DNA from: a virus
Lineage: Duplodnaviria > Caudoviricetes
Strand: one strand, 5' to 3'
Length of the DNA stretch: 64,000 bases
IMG/VR virus record: IMGVR_UViG_3300032218_002590
Span: 1 to 64,000 of that record
Under the pieces are notes generated by a model. The model was not told the origin of the DNA. It did no database searches and saw only the letters and a list, made by a program, of their open reading frames with translations. This document shows positions 55,944-64,000 of this stretch, in pieces (position 1 is the first letter of the stretch; every line of letters starts with the position of its first letter). The position numbers were made by a program, and so were the translations under genes.

Positions 55944-58900
55944 ATGGCAAGAAAGGCAATATTGGAAACTGGATATACATTTACTCCTTCCACAAATACT
56001 ATCGTCATTCCTCGTGCTATACAAAGAGAACGATTAATACTGATTACAAATGTAACTACAAACACGGTAATTTATAATTTTTCTGACTCAAACCTAAAAG
56101 CAAATACTTATACTGTATCAACAACTGGTGGTACAAATACAACCACAATTATATTAAATTACAGTACTACTTCAATGAGTAGTACTGATAAACTTCAAAT
56201 CACCGTTGATGAATATGATGAGAAATTTAGTCCTTCTGAAGTATATCAAGATCCTGTAAATAAATTTAGAGTATCAACTCCGCAAGCACTAATTGATACT
56301 GATTTTGAGTATGGAACTCAAATTACCAAATGGGAAAATTTGGTAACAATTAATAATAGACCATTTTCCTATCCATCTGCATCAAATATTAACGGAATTA
56401 CAGCAATTAATTTGCCCACAAGTTCTAAAACAGTAACAGTTACAACTACTGCTGGCGGAGCACCTGCAGTTGGAACTCCAATTACAGTTCAGGATTGTTA
56501 TTTAAATATTGCCAATGGTAATTATATCGTAGAAACTTCAAACGGATCAACTTCATTTACATATACAGCAAGAGCACTAAATCCCAGTACTTCATTTGCT
56601 GATATTTTTGATCCAAATAAAACAGTTATTTACACTGGAACTACTTATGCTGGTGCCTCCATTGGCGGTAGTCCTACAATTACAACTTCTGGTAATGCGG
56701 TTACTGTTACTACACCTATTCCACATGGTCTAGCAATTGGAAATGAAGTTGCAATAACTGGAACATCTGCGGCAACGTCCAATCCACCAAATGGTTCTTT
56801 TTCAGTTGCAACTATTAATAGTGCATCGCAATTTGTTATCTATACACAAACTGCTCCAGTTGGTGCTATTTCTGGTGGTTTAGTTTATGTAAGACCCCAA
56901 GGACAAATTTTACACCGTCCATTTGATGGCGGAGTTATTTTTACAAGTAATGCAACTTCTAATTATCAATCTACAACTCGCCAAACAAGAAGATATTTTC
57001 GTTATCAATCTGGTAAAGGTATTCAAATTAGTTCTGGCACAATTCTCAAACCAAATTTACAAATTGATTCTCTTACTTCTTCTGGAACAACTGTCACGGT
57101 TCAAACAAAAGAGCAACACAATATACAACCCGGAATTCCTGGAACTACTGTTACAATTTCTGGAGCAAATGAAAGTGCTTATAATGGTTCATTTGCAATT
57201 ACTTCTGTTACTGGGTATAATACATTTCAATATACTGCACTTAGTACACCGTCAGCAACTCCTGCATCTGGAAGTTATTATGCCTCTGTAACTGGTTGGT
57301 ATGGATCTTCAAATAGATTAGGTGCTTTTGATGCACAAAATGGTATTTTCTTTGAATTTGATGGACAAACACTTTATGCGGTTCGCAGAAGTTCTACTTT
57401 CCAAATTTCTGGTAAAGTAACTGCAACGCAAAATTTTACTGTTATTACTCAAACAAATTCAGCATTTCCTACATTTTTTACAAAGCAACTTAATCTTGGT
57501 GATTTTATTGTAATTCGTGGACAATCTTATCGTGTTGTTGATATTGCTGACGATACTACACTTACAATATCTCCAGCATATCGTGGAACAACTGCTTCAT
57601 TTGCAATTGTATCAAAAACCGTAGATACTAAGATACCACAATCATCTTGGAACCTTGATAAATGCGATGGTACTGGACCTTCTGGATATAATATTGATTT
57701 ATCCAAGATGCAAATGTTCTATATGGATTATTCTTGGTATGGTGCTGGATTTATCCGTTGGGGATTTAGAGCTACAACTGGTGATGTAATTTATGTTCAT
57801 AAACTTGCAAATAATAATGTAAATACTGAAGCATATATGCGTAGCGGTAACTTACCTGCTAGGTATGAAACTACTTCAGAACCACCAAAAACACAACTTG
57901 CTGCTACTTTGACTACTGGAGGCACTACACTTACTGTTGCAAGTACCTCAGGTTTTCCAAGTGCTGGAACATTATGTATTCGTAATTTTAATACTTATGA
58001 ATATGTAAATTATACTGGAATTACTACTAACACATTTACTGGATTGACGAGAGGGCAAGCAGGGGCAACTGGGGTAACTGTTACTATAGCTATTGGATCA
58101 AATAGTGGGACAGTTGCCTCAGCTACCGGAATTCAAATTGGTCAAAGAGTTGTTAATACTACAGCATTTCCTGAAGGAACATTTGTATCAGGAATTAGTG
58201 GATTAACATTAACATTCAGTCAGGCGGCAATTACTGGAAATCCAACGGGAGTTGCCTTTGCTCCAATGGGGGCAACATCAGGACAACTCTTTACTTATAC
58301 TCTAGGAGACCCAATAGCAATTGAACTTGCATTCCCAACTTATAGCCCAACAATCTCTCACTGGGGTACAAGTGTAATCATGGACGGAAGATTTGATGAC
58401 GATAAATCATTGGTCTTTACTTATGGACAAAATGCATTTACTAATATAACTCCTGGACTTGCTAACCAGAAAGCATTATTCTCAATTCGTGTTGCACCAT
58501 CGGTAGATAATGGTATTGCTGCAGCATTTGGTGCAAGAGAACTCATCAATAGAATGCAGTTGGTTCTTCGTACTCTTGACCTTACAACAAAAACAACTGG
58601 CGCAAACTTCTTGGTAAAAGCATATTTGAATGGAATTCCATCATCAGCAACTGCTTGGACAAATGCTGTTGGTAATGTTACTGGACGACAAAATTCCAGT
58701 TTGGCACAGATTGCTGATTATGCTGCAGGTACTACAACTTTATCTGGTGGTGAAATTACTGCTGGTTTCTTCGTAACTGGTACATCAAGTATTGATTTGG
58801 ACAAAGTTAGGGATTTGGGTAACTGCATACTTGGTGGGGGTGGAGCAAATGCTAATACTCAAATATATCCTGATGGACCTGATGTTCTTACTATTGTAGT

Positions 58901-58967
58901 AGAAAACGTGGGTTCTTCTGCAGTTGATGTACTCGCAAGACTTTCCTGGACGGAGGCACAAGCATAA
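55944..58967 (+). CDS. Large virion structural protein
   Basis: K.RVSTPQALIDTDFEYG.Q.TKWE, RQTRRYFRYQSGKG, DYSWYGAG.IR.G, SHWGTSVIMDG.FDDDKS motifs typical of cyanophage structural proteins. Confidence 0.85.
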   Translation: MARKAILETGYTFTPSTNTIVIPRAIQRERLILITNVTTNTVIYNFSDSNLKANTYTVSTTGGTNTTTIILNYSTTSMSSTDKLQITVDEYDEKFSPSEVYQDPVNKFRVSTPQALIDTDFEYGTQITKWENLVTINNRPFSYPSASNINGITAINLPTSSKTVTVTTTAGGAPAVGTPITVQDCYLNIANGNYIVETSNGSTSFTYTARALNPSTSFADIFDPNKTVIYTGTTYAGASIGGSPTITTSGNAVTVTTPIPHGLAIGNEVAITGTSAATSNPPNGSFSVATINSASQFVIYTQTAPVGAISGGLVYVRPQGQILHRPFDGGVIFTSNATSNYQSTTRQTRRYFRYQSGKGIQISSGTILKPNLQIDSLTSSGTTVTVQTKEQHNIQPGIPGTTVTISGANESAYNGSFAITSVTGYNTFQYTALSTPSATPASGSYYASVTGWYGSSNRLGAFDAQNGIFFEFDGQTLYAVRRSSTFQISGKVTATQNFTVITQTNSAFPTFFTKQLNLGDFIVIRGQSYRVVDIADDTTLTISPAYRGTTASFAIVSKTVDTKIPQSSWNLDKCDGTGPSGYNIDLSKMQMFYMDYSWYGAGFIRWGFRATTGDVIYVHKLANNNVNTEAYMRSGNLPARYETTSEPPKTQLAATLTTGGTTLTVASTSGFPSAGTLCIRNFNTYEYVNYTGITTNTFTGLTRGQAGATGVTVTIAIGSNSGTVASATGIQIGQRVVNTTAFPEGTFVSGISGLTLTFSQAAITGNPTGVAFAPMGATSGQLFTYTLGDPIAIELAFPTYSPTISHWGTSVIMDGRFDDDKSLVFTYGQNAFTNITPGLANQKALFSIRVAPSVDNGIAAAFGARELINRMQLVLRTLDLTTKTTGANFLVKAYLNGIPSSATAWTNAVGNVTGRQNSSLAQIADYAAGTTTLSGGEITAGFFVTGTSSIDLDKVRDLGNCILGGGGANANTQIYPDGPDVLTIVVENVGSSAVDVLARLSWTEAQA

Positions 58968-58969
58968 AA

Positions 58970-61900
58970 ATGGCAAAACTCAAATCTGGCACAAGAATTT
59001 ACGGAACCGCAACAATAGACACAAGTGTTGTTGTAGGTTCCGTCGTAACATTAAGTTCTTCTGGTATTCAATCTACCGCTCAAATAACTTCTACTGGTAC
59101 TGTTTCTGGTACTAATATTACTACAGGAGGAAATGTTACTGGTTCCTCTGCTTCTGTAGTAAACGCAGTTACATTTAATAATGGTGGTGCTGGTGCTGCC
59201 TCTGGAACTACGTTTAACGGTTCTGCTGTTCAAACAATTTCATACAACACTTTGGGGGCTTCGCCCCTGGCTGGGTCTTCTAGTTTAACCACAACTGGTA
59301 CTGTAACCTCTGGTACTTGGTCTGGTTCGTTTGGTGCTGTTTCTGGTGCTAACTTAACAAGTCTTACTGCAGGAAATTTAAGTGGTACAATACCTTCAGC
59401 AGTATTAGGTAACTCAACTGCCTATGTTGGTACTACAGCAATTCTTCTTAATAGAGCATCTGCAAACCAAGCCTTAACTGGTATTTTGAGTGTTGCTATG
59501 CCCGGTTCCACTTCAGGAACAATTACAGTACAACCAACTGCCGTTGCTGGTACTAACACTATTACTCTCCCGGCTAGCACCGGCACAGTAGCCTTGACTT
59601 CAGATTTAGGAAACGGAACCCTGACTATGGCTGTGTCTGGCACAGGTCTATCTGGGTCTGCGTCTTTTACTGCAAATCAGTCGGGTAATACAACATTTAC
59701 AGTAACTTCCAACGCAACCAACGCTAATACTGCTTCTACAATTGTTGCTAGAGATGCTTCTGGTAATTTTAGTGCTGGTACTATTACTGCTGCGGCATTA
59801 ACTGTTAGTGGTGATTTAACGGTTAACGGTACAACTACAACAATTAATTCAACAACAGTAACTGTAGATGATAAAAATATTGAACTTGGTTCTATTGCAT
59901 CGCCAACTGATACAACTGCAGATGGTGGCGGCATTACATTAAAAGGTACTACAGATAAGACACTAAACTGGTTAAGTGCTACTGGTGCATGGACTTCTTC
60001 AGAAGATTTCAATCTTGTTACTGGTAAAATTTATGCAATTGCTGGTACAACAGTTCTTTCTGCATCTCAAGTTCTCGGTAAAACATTGCCCTCAGGAGTT
60101 GTTATTGGATCCACAGATACTCAAACATTAACTAACAAAACAATTGCTGCAGGATCTAACACTATTAGTGGTCTTACCAATAGTAATTTAAGTGGTACTG
60201 CTGGTATTACTAACGCCAACCTAGCAAACTCCACAATATCTGGTGTTGCTCTTGGTTCAAACTTAGCTACCCTTACAATGGGTGTTTCTGGAACTGGATT
60301 ATCTGGATCCACAACTTTTAATGGTTCTGGTGCAGCAACGTTTACGGTTACAATTAATGCAACCAACGCTAACACAGCATCTACAGTAGTTGCTAGAGAT
60401 GCTTCTGGTAACTTCAGTGCTGGAACTATTACTGCTTCATTAACCGGTGCTGCTTCACTTAATGTGCTGAAAGCAGGAGACACGATAACAGGTCAACTGA
60501 TTTCAACATTAGCAAACTCCACAACAACTGGTGGAGGTCAAATCTACCTGAATGGTGCAACTGGAAACCGAATTGATTTTAATACAAATGGTGTTGCTGC
60601 TCCTGCTATTGTTGGTGCGACTGGCGCTACAAGAAGTGTTGGAACCAAGATTATATTATATCCAACTGGTACTCCCGCATCTGAAGTTGATTTTGCATTT
60701 GGTGTGGAAGCTACTGCTATATGGTCTTCTGTTCCAAGTTCATCACAATCATTCAAATGGTATGCAGGAACCACAAACATTGCAACCCTGAGTGGGCTTG
60801 GGGCTCTTTCTGTTACAGGAACAGTTTCGGGTACTAATATTACAACCGGAGGTAATGTTACCGGTTCTTCTGCTTCCGTAGCAAACTCAGTAACCTTCAA
60901 TAATGGTGGTGCTGGAGATGCCAGCGGAACAACTTTTAATGGATCCGCCGCAAGAATAATTTCATACAACACAGTTGGTGCATCACCTTTAGCCGGTTCT
61001 AGTAGTTTAACAACAACTGGTACTGTAACTTCTGGTACTTGGTCTGGTTCTTTTGGTGCTGTATCTGGTGCTAACTTAACATCTTTAAATGCATCAAATC
61101 TTGGTTCTGGTACTGTACCAACCGCAAGATTAGGTACAGGTACTGCTGATGCTACAACATATCTACGAGGTGATAATACTTGGGCAACTGTTACTAGTGG
61201 TAGTAGTGTAACAGTAAGTGATGATACTAGTACAAATGCCGTAAGATATCCTATATTTGAAGACATAACTTCTGGAACCAGTACCACTGTTAATGTTTCT
61301 TCTACAAAACTTACATTCAACCCATCAACTGGAGTATTATTAGCAACTGGATTTAGCGGTTCTGGTGCTAATTTAACAAGTCTTCCTGCAGGAAATCTTT
61401 CTGGAACAATACCTTCAGCAGTATTAGGTAACTCAACTGCCTATGTTGGTACTACAGCAATTCTTCTTAATAGAGCATCTGCAAACCAAGCTCTAACGGG
61501 AATTTCAAGTGTTGCGATGCCTGGATCTACTTCAGGAACAATCACATTACAACCAACTGCGGTTGCAGGTACTAATACCATTACTCTTCCAGCTAGCACT
61601 GGCACTGTTGCGTTAACTTCAGATTTAGGAAACGGAACTTTGACTATGGCGGTTTCTGGAACAGGTCTTTCTGGATCAGCAACGTTTACGGCAAATCAAT
61701 CTGGCGCTTCAACCTTTACAGTAACTTCAAACGCAACCAACGCTAATACGGCGTCAGCAATAGTTGCTAGAGATGCTTCTGGTAATTTTAGTGCTGGTAC
61801 TATTACTGCTGCACTTACTGGCAACGTAACAGGTAATGTTACCGGTTCTTCTGGTTCTTGTACTGGTAATGCTGCCACAGTAACTACTAATGCTAACTTA

Positions 61901-64000
61901 ACTGGTGACGTAACTTCTATTGGTAACGCAACTTCAATTGCTGCCGGAGTTATTGTTGATGCCGACATTAATGCATCCGCTGCTATTGCAGATACTAAAT
62001 TAGCAACTATATCAACTACAGGAAAAGTATCTAATAGTGCTACTACTGCAACCAGTGCCAACACAGCATCAACAATTGTTGCTCGTGACGCATCAGGTAA
62101 TTTTAGTGCTGGTACAATTACTGCTGCCGCATTAACTGTGAGTGGTGATTTAACTGTTAACGGTACAACTACAACAATTAATTCAACTACAGTAACTGTA
62201 GATGATATAAATATTGAGCTTGGTTCTATTGCATCACCAACCAACACAACTGCAAATGGTGGCGGTATTACTTTAAAAGGCGCTACAGATAAAACGATAA
62301 ACTGGTTAAGTGCTACTGGTGCATGGACTTCTTCAGAAGATTTTAATCTTGTTACTGGTAAGGTTTATGCGATTGCTGGCACAACAGTTCTTTCTGCATC
62401 TCAAGTTCTCGGTAAAACATTACCTTCAGGAGTGGTTGTTGGTACATCAGATACTCAAACATTAAGCAACAAAACAATTAGTGGCGCTAACAATACTTTA
62501 TCCAACATTGCCAATGCTTCTCTAACTAACTCCACAATTTCTGGTATTGCTTTAGGTGCAAATTTAAATACTCTTACCATGAATGTTTCTGGAACTGGTT
62601 TATCTGGTTCCACAACATATAATGGTTCTGCTGCAGCAACGTTCACGGTTACAATTAATGCAACTAACGCTAATACAGCATCTACAGTAGTTGCTAGAGA
62701 TGCTTCTGGCAATTTTAGTGCTGGAACTATTACTGCTAATTTAACCGGTAACTGCTCTGGTTCTTCGGGTTCTTGTTCTGGTAATTCTGCAACTTCTACT
62801 TACGCTACTTATGTATCATCTCCAGATGGAGATAGAAATTCCGGTACTAAGTTACCAACAACTACTCCTCAGTCAGTAAGATTTGACTTTTCTTCTGCTA
62901 GTTCAGCAGGCACTGGTGGAAATTATGCTGGAGTAATGACCTATGCTCCATGGACAGGAACTACTGCATCAACAGGAGACGCAAGTTATCAATTAGCATT
63001 TGGATCTACTGCTACTAATGGGGGGGGCATTCCCAAATTAAATATTAGAAAAGGTATTGATTCCACCTGGAACTCTTGGTACACTCTTTTACATTCTGGC
63101 AATTATACTGATTATTCCCCGTCATTGACAGGAACAGGAGCATCAGGATCTTGGGGCATTAGCGTTACTGGTTCTTCTGCTTCTTGTACTGGTAATGCTG
63201 CTACTGCAACATCTTCACCACTCTTAAGTGCTCTTGGCAACTATGTTTGGACTGCATCCACATTACCAACAAGTTTCAGTTCCGGTATAACATGTTCATT
63301 TGTTCAGGCATCAAATGGATTCCAAAATTATGGGTCTGTAATGACCATGAACACCTATTCTGGAGGTGGAGGTTCGTTACAACTTTATGTACCTTATTCT
63401 CCAACTTATGGTGGAACAGGTCTTCAGGTTAGATTTGGTAATTATGATGTTTCTTCAGGAAATTCTTGGACTTCCTGGAAGACTTTATTAGCAAGTGATA
63501 ACTATAATTCCTACGCCCCAACACTCACAGGAACAGGTGCATCAGGTTCTTGGGGTATTAATGTTACTGGTTCTTCTGCTTCTTGTACTGGTAACGCTGC
63601 TACTGCTACTACTGCATCTAACTTAACTGGTCTTACCCTTAATAGTTCAGCAGCAGCAATAAATCCTGATAGTGTAACTCAAAACCAAATTGGATATGAT
63701 AGTAGCGTATCTCTATTTGGACAAAGTGATGGTGGATTATATTCATCGGCATATTCAAGTTCTTGGATTCATCAAATACATGGAGATTTCCGTACAGGAC
63801 AGATTGCAATTCGTGGTAAGAATAATGGAACTTGGCAAGCATGGAGAAGAGTCTTAGATAGTACAAATTATTCGGCATCTAATGCCTGGACTCCAAACCT
63901 TACAAACATAACACCTTCATTTACATCTCCAGGAACTTTCACAAAAACTAGTGGAACCAATTCAGTATGGGATTCTCAAATTTATTCTACTGAAGGATAT
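58970..64000 (+). CDS. Very long tail fibre protein, partial (>1,677 aa, runs off the window)
   Basis: ATG at 58970 (MAKLKSGTRIYGTATIDTSV...); same frame at the window end (...KTSGTNSVWDSQIYSTEGY); repeats ARDASGNFSAGTITA and VDDKNIELG; knob-like domains near the end; absent from the ORF track because there is no stop. Confidence 0.9.
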   Translation, partial: MAKLKSGTRIYGTATIDTSVVVGSVVTLSSSGIQSTAQITSTGTVSGTNITTGGNVTGSSASVVNAVTFNNGGAGAASGTTFNGSAVQTISYNTLGASPLAGSSSLTTTGTVTSGTWSGSFGAVSGANLTSLTAGNLSGTIPSAVLGNSTAYVGTTAILLNRASANQALTGILSVAMPGSTSGTITVQPTAVAGTNTITLPASTGTVALTSDLGNGTLTMAVSGTGLSGSASFTANQSGNTTFTVTSNATNANTASTIVARDASGNFSAGTITAAALTVSGDLTVNGTTTTINSTTVTVDDKNIELGSIASPTDTTADGGGITLKGTTDKTLNWLSATGAWTSSEDFNLVTGKIYAIAGTTVLSASQVLGKTLPSGVVIGSTDTQTLTNKTIAAGSNTISGLTNSNLSGTAGITNANLANSTISGVALGSNLATLTMGVSGTGLSGSTTFNGSGAATFTVTINATNANTASTVVARDASGNFSAGTITASLTGAASLNVLKAGDTITGQLISTLANSTTTGGGQIYLNGATGNRIDFNTNGVAAPAIVGATGATRSVGTKIILYPTGTPASEVDFAFGVEATAIWSSVPSSSQSFKWYAGTTNIATLSGLGALSVTGTVSGTNITTGGNVTGSSASVANSVTFNNGGAGDASGTTFNGSAARIISYNTVGASPLAGSSSLTTTGTVTSGTWSGSFGAVSGANLTSLNASNLGSGTVPTARLGTGTADATTYLRGDNTWATVTSGSSVTVSDDTSTNAVRYPIFEDITSGTSTTVNVSSTKLTFNPSTGVLLATGFSGSGANLTSLPAGNLSGTIPSAVLGNSTAYVGTTAILLNRASANQALTGISSVAMPGSTSGTITLQPTAVAGTNTITLPASTGTVALTSDLGNGTLTMAVSGTGLSGSATFTANQSGASTFTVTSNATNANTASAIVARDASGNFSAGTITAALTGNVTGNVTGSSGSCTGNAATVTTNANLTGDVTSIGNATSIAAGVIVDADINASAAIADTKLATISTTGKVSNSATTATSANTASTIVARDASGNFSAGTITAAALTVSGDLTVNGTTTTINSTTVTVDDINIELGSIASPTNTTANGGGITLKGATDKTINWLSATGAWTSSEDFNLVTGKVYAIAGTTVLSASQVLGKTLPSGVVVGTSDTQTLSNKTISGANNTLSNIANASLTNSTISGIALGANLNTLTMNVSGTGLSGSTTYNGSAAATFTVTINATNANTASTVVARDASGNFSAGTITANLTGNCSGSSGSCSGNSATSTYATYVSSPDGDRNSGTKLPTTTPQSVRFDFSSASSAGTGGNYAGVMTYAPWTGTTASTGDASYQLAFGSTATNGGGIPKLNIRKGIDSTWNSWYTLLHSGNYTDYSPSLTGTGASGSWGISVTGSSASCTGNAATATSSPLLSALGNYVWTASTLPTSFSSGITCSFVQASNGFQNYGSVMTMNTYSGGGGSLQLYVPYSPTYGGTGLQVRFGNYDVSSGNSWTSWKTLLASDNYNSYAPTLTGTGASGSWGINVTGSSASCTGNAATATTASNLTGLTLNSSAAAINPDSVTQNQIGYDSSVSLFGQSDGGLYSSAYSSSWIHQIHGDFRTGQIAIRGKNNGTWQAWRRVLDSTNYSASNAWTPNLTNITPSFTSPGTFTKTSGTNSVWDSQIYSTEGY
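59090..62750 (+). repeat. Large internal duplication in the fibre gene
   Basis: About 59090-60440 is repeated as about 60825-62750 with two insertions (about 61080-61355 and 61810-62060); many differences are synonymous. Confidence 0.8.
63113..63612 (+). repeat. About 95-nt direct repeats flanking knob-like domains
   Basis: Y.P.LTGTGASGSWGI.VTGSSASCTGNAATA at about 63113-63210 and 63510-63612; partial copies near 61845 and 62750. Confidence 0.85.

Noticed and set aside
51497-63612. Repeats as a CRISPR array or DGR template/variable repeats
   Set aside because: Units are long, in-frame and protein-coding; differences are mostly synonymous rather than adenine-specific; no cas or reverse transcriptase gene in the window
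1-64000. Stop-codon reassignment or programmed frameshifting
   Set aside because: Core genes are intact under the standard code, no suppressor tRNA is present, and no split core gene was seen

Overview
This window is a 64-kb segment of a T4-like cyanomyovirus (Kyanoviridae-type cyanophage), probably infecting a picocyanobacterium (Synechococcus/Cyanobium; host is an inference). Bases 1-50.9 kb are almost all on the minus strand. They hold an accessory region (5' part of psbA with a structured PhotoRC-II-like leader, two hli genes, an SLH-domain outer-membrane barrel protein, seven tRNAs, a manA/wcaG-like structured RNA, a Phd/YefM-like antitoxin with no obvious toxin, and RlpA, GH24 lysozyme and C39 peptidase genes), then the nrdAB-primase block, the replication/recombination core (mazG, gp41, uvsX, gp43, hsp20, regA, gp62/44/45, cobS plus vWA partner, gp46/47, gp55, uvsW/Y) and head/tail morphogenesis genes (gp3, gp23-gp13). 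At about 51.0 kb the coding strand switches at a palindromic bidirectional late promoter. A plus-strand cluster of large repeat-rich fibre/structural genes follows and ends in a >1,677-aa tail-fibre ORF that runs off the window. The most interesting signals are regulatory or structural. (i) HLR1-like (host RpaB) direct repeats lie at the hli and porin promoters, suggesting a light-responsive porin-hli-hli-psbA cassette wired to a host regulator. (ii) A recurring design places the sigma70 -35 hexamer TTGACA in an intrinsic terminator hairpin with the U-tract as promoter spacer. (iii) There is a structured leader before rlpA, back-to-back promoters predicting antisense RNA at gp55, a nested domain duplication in the tail sheath, and repeat-flanked knob cassettes in the tail fibre. 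No CRISPR array, intron, intein, reverse transcriptase/DGR or recoding signal was seen. All family calls come from motif recognition, not database searches.
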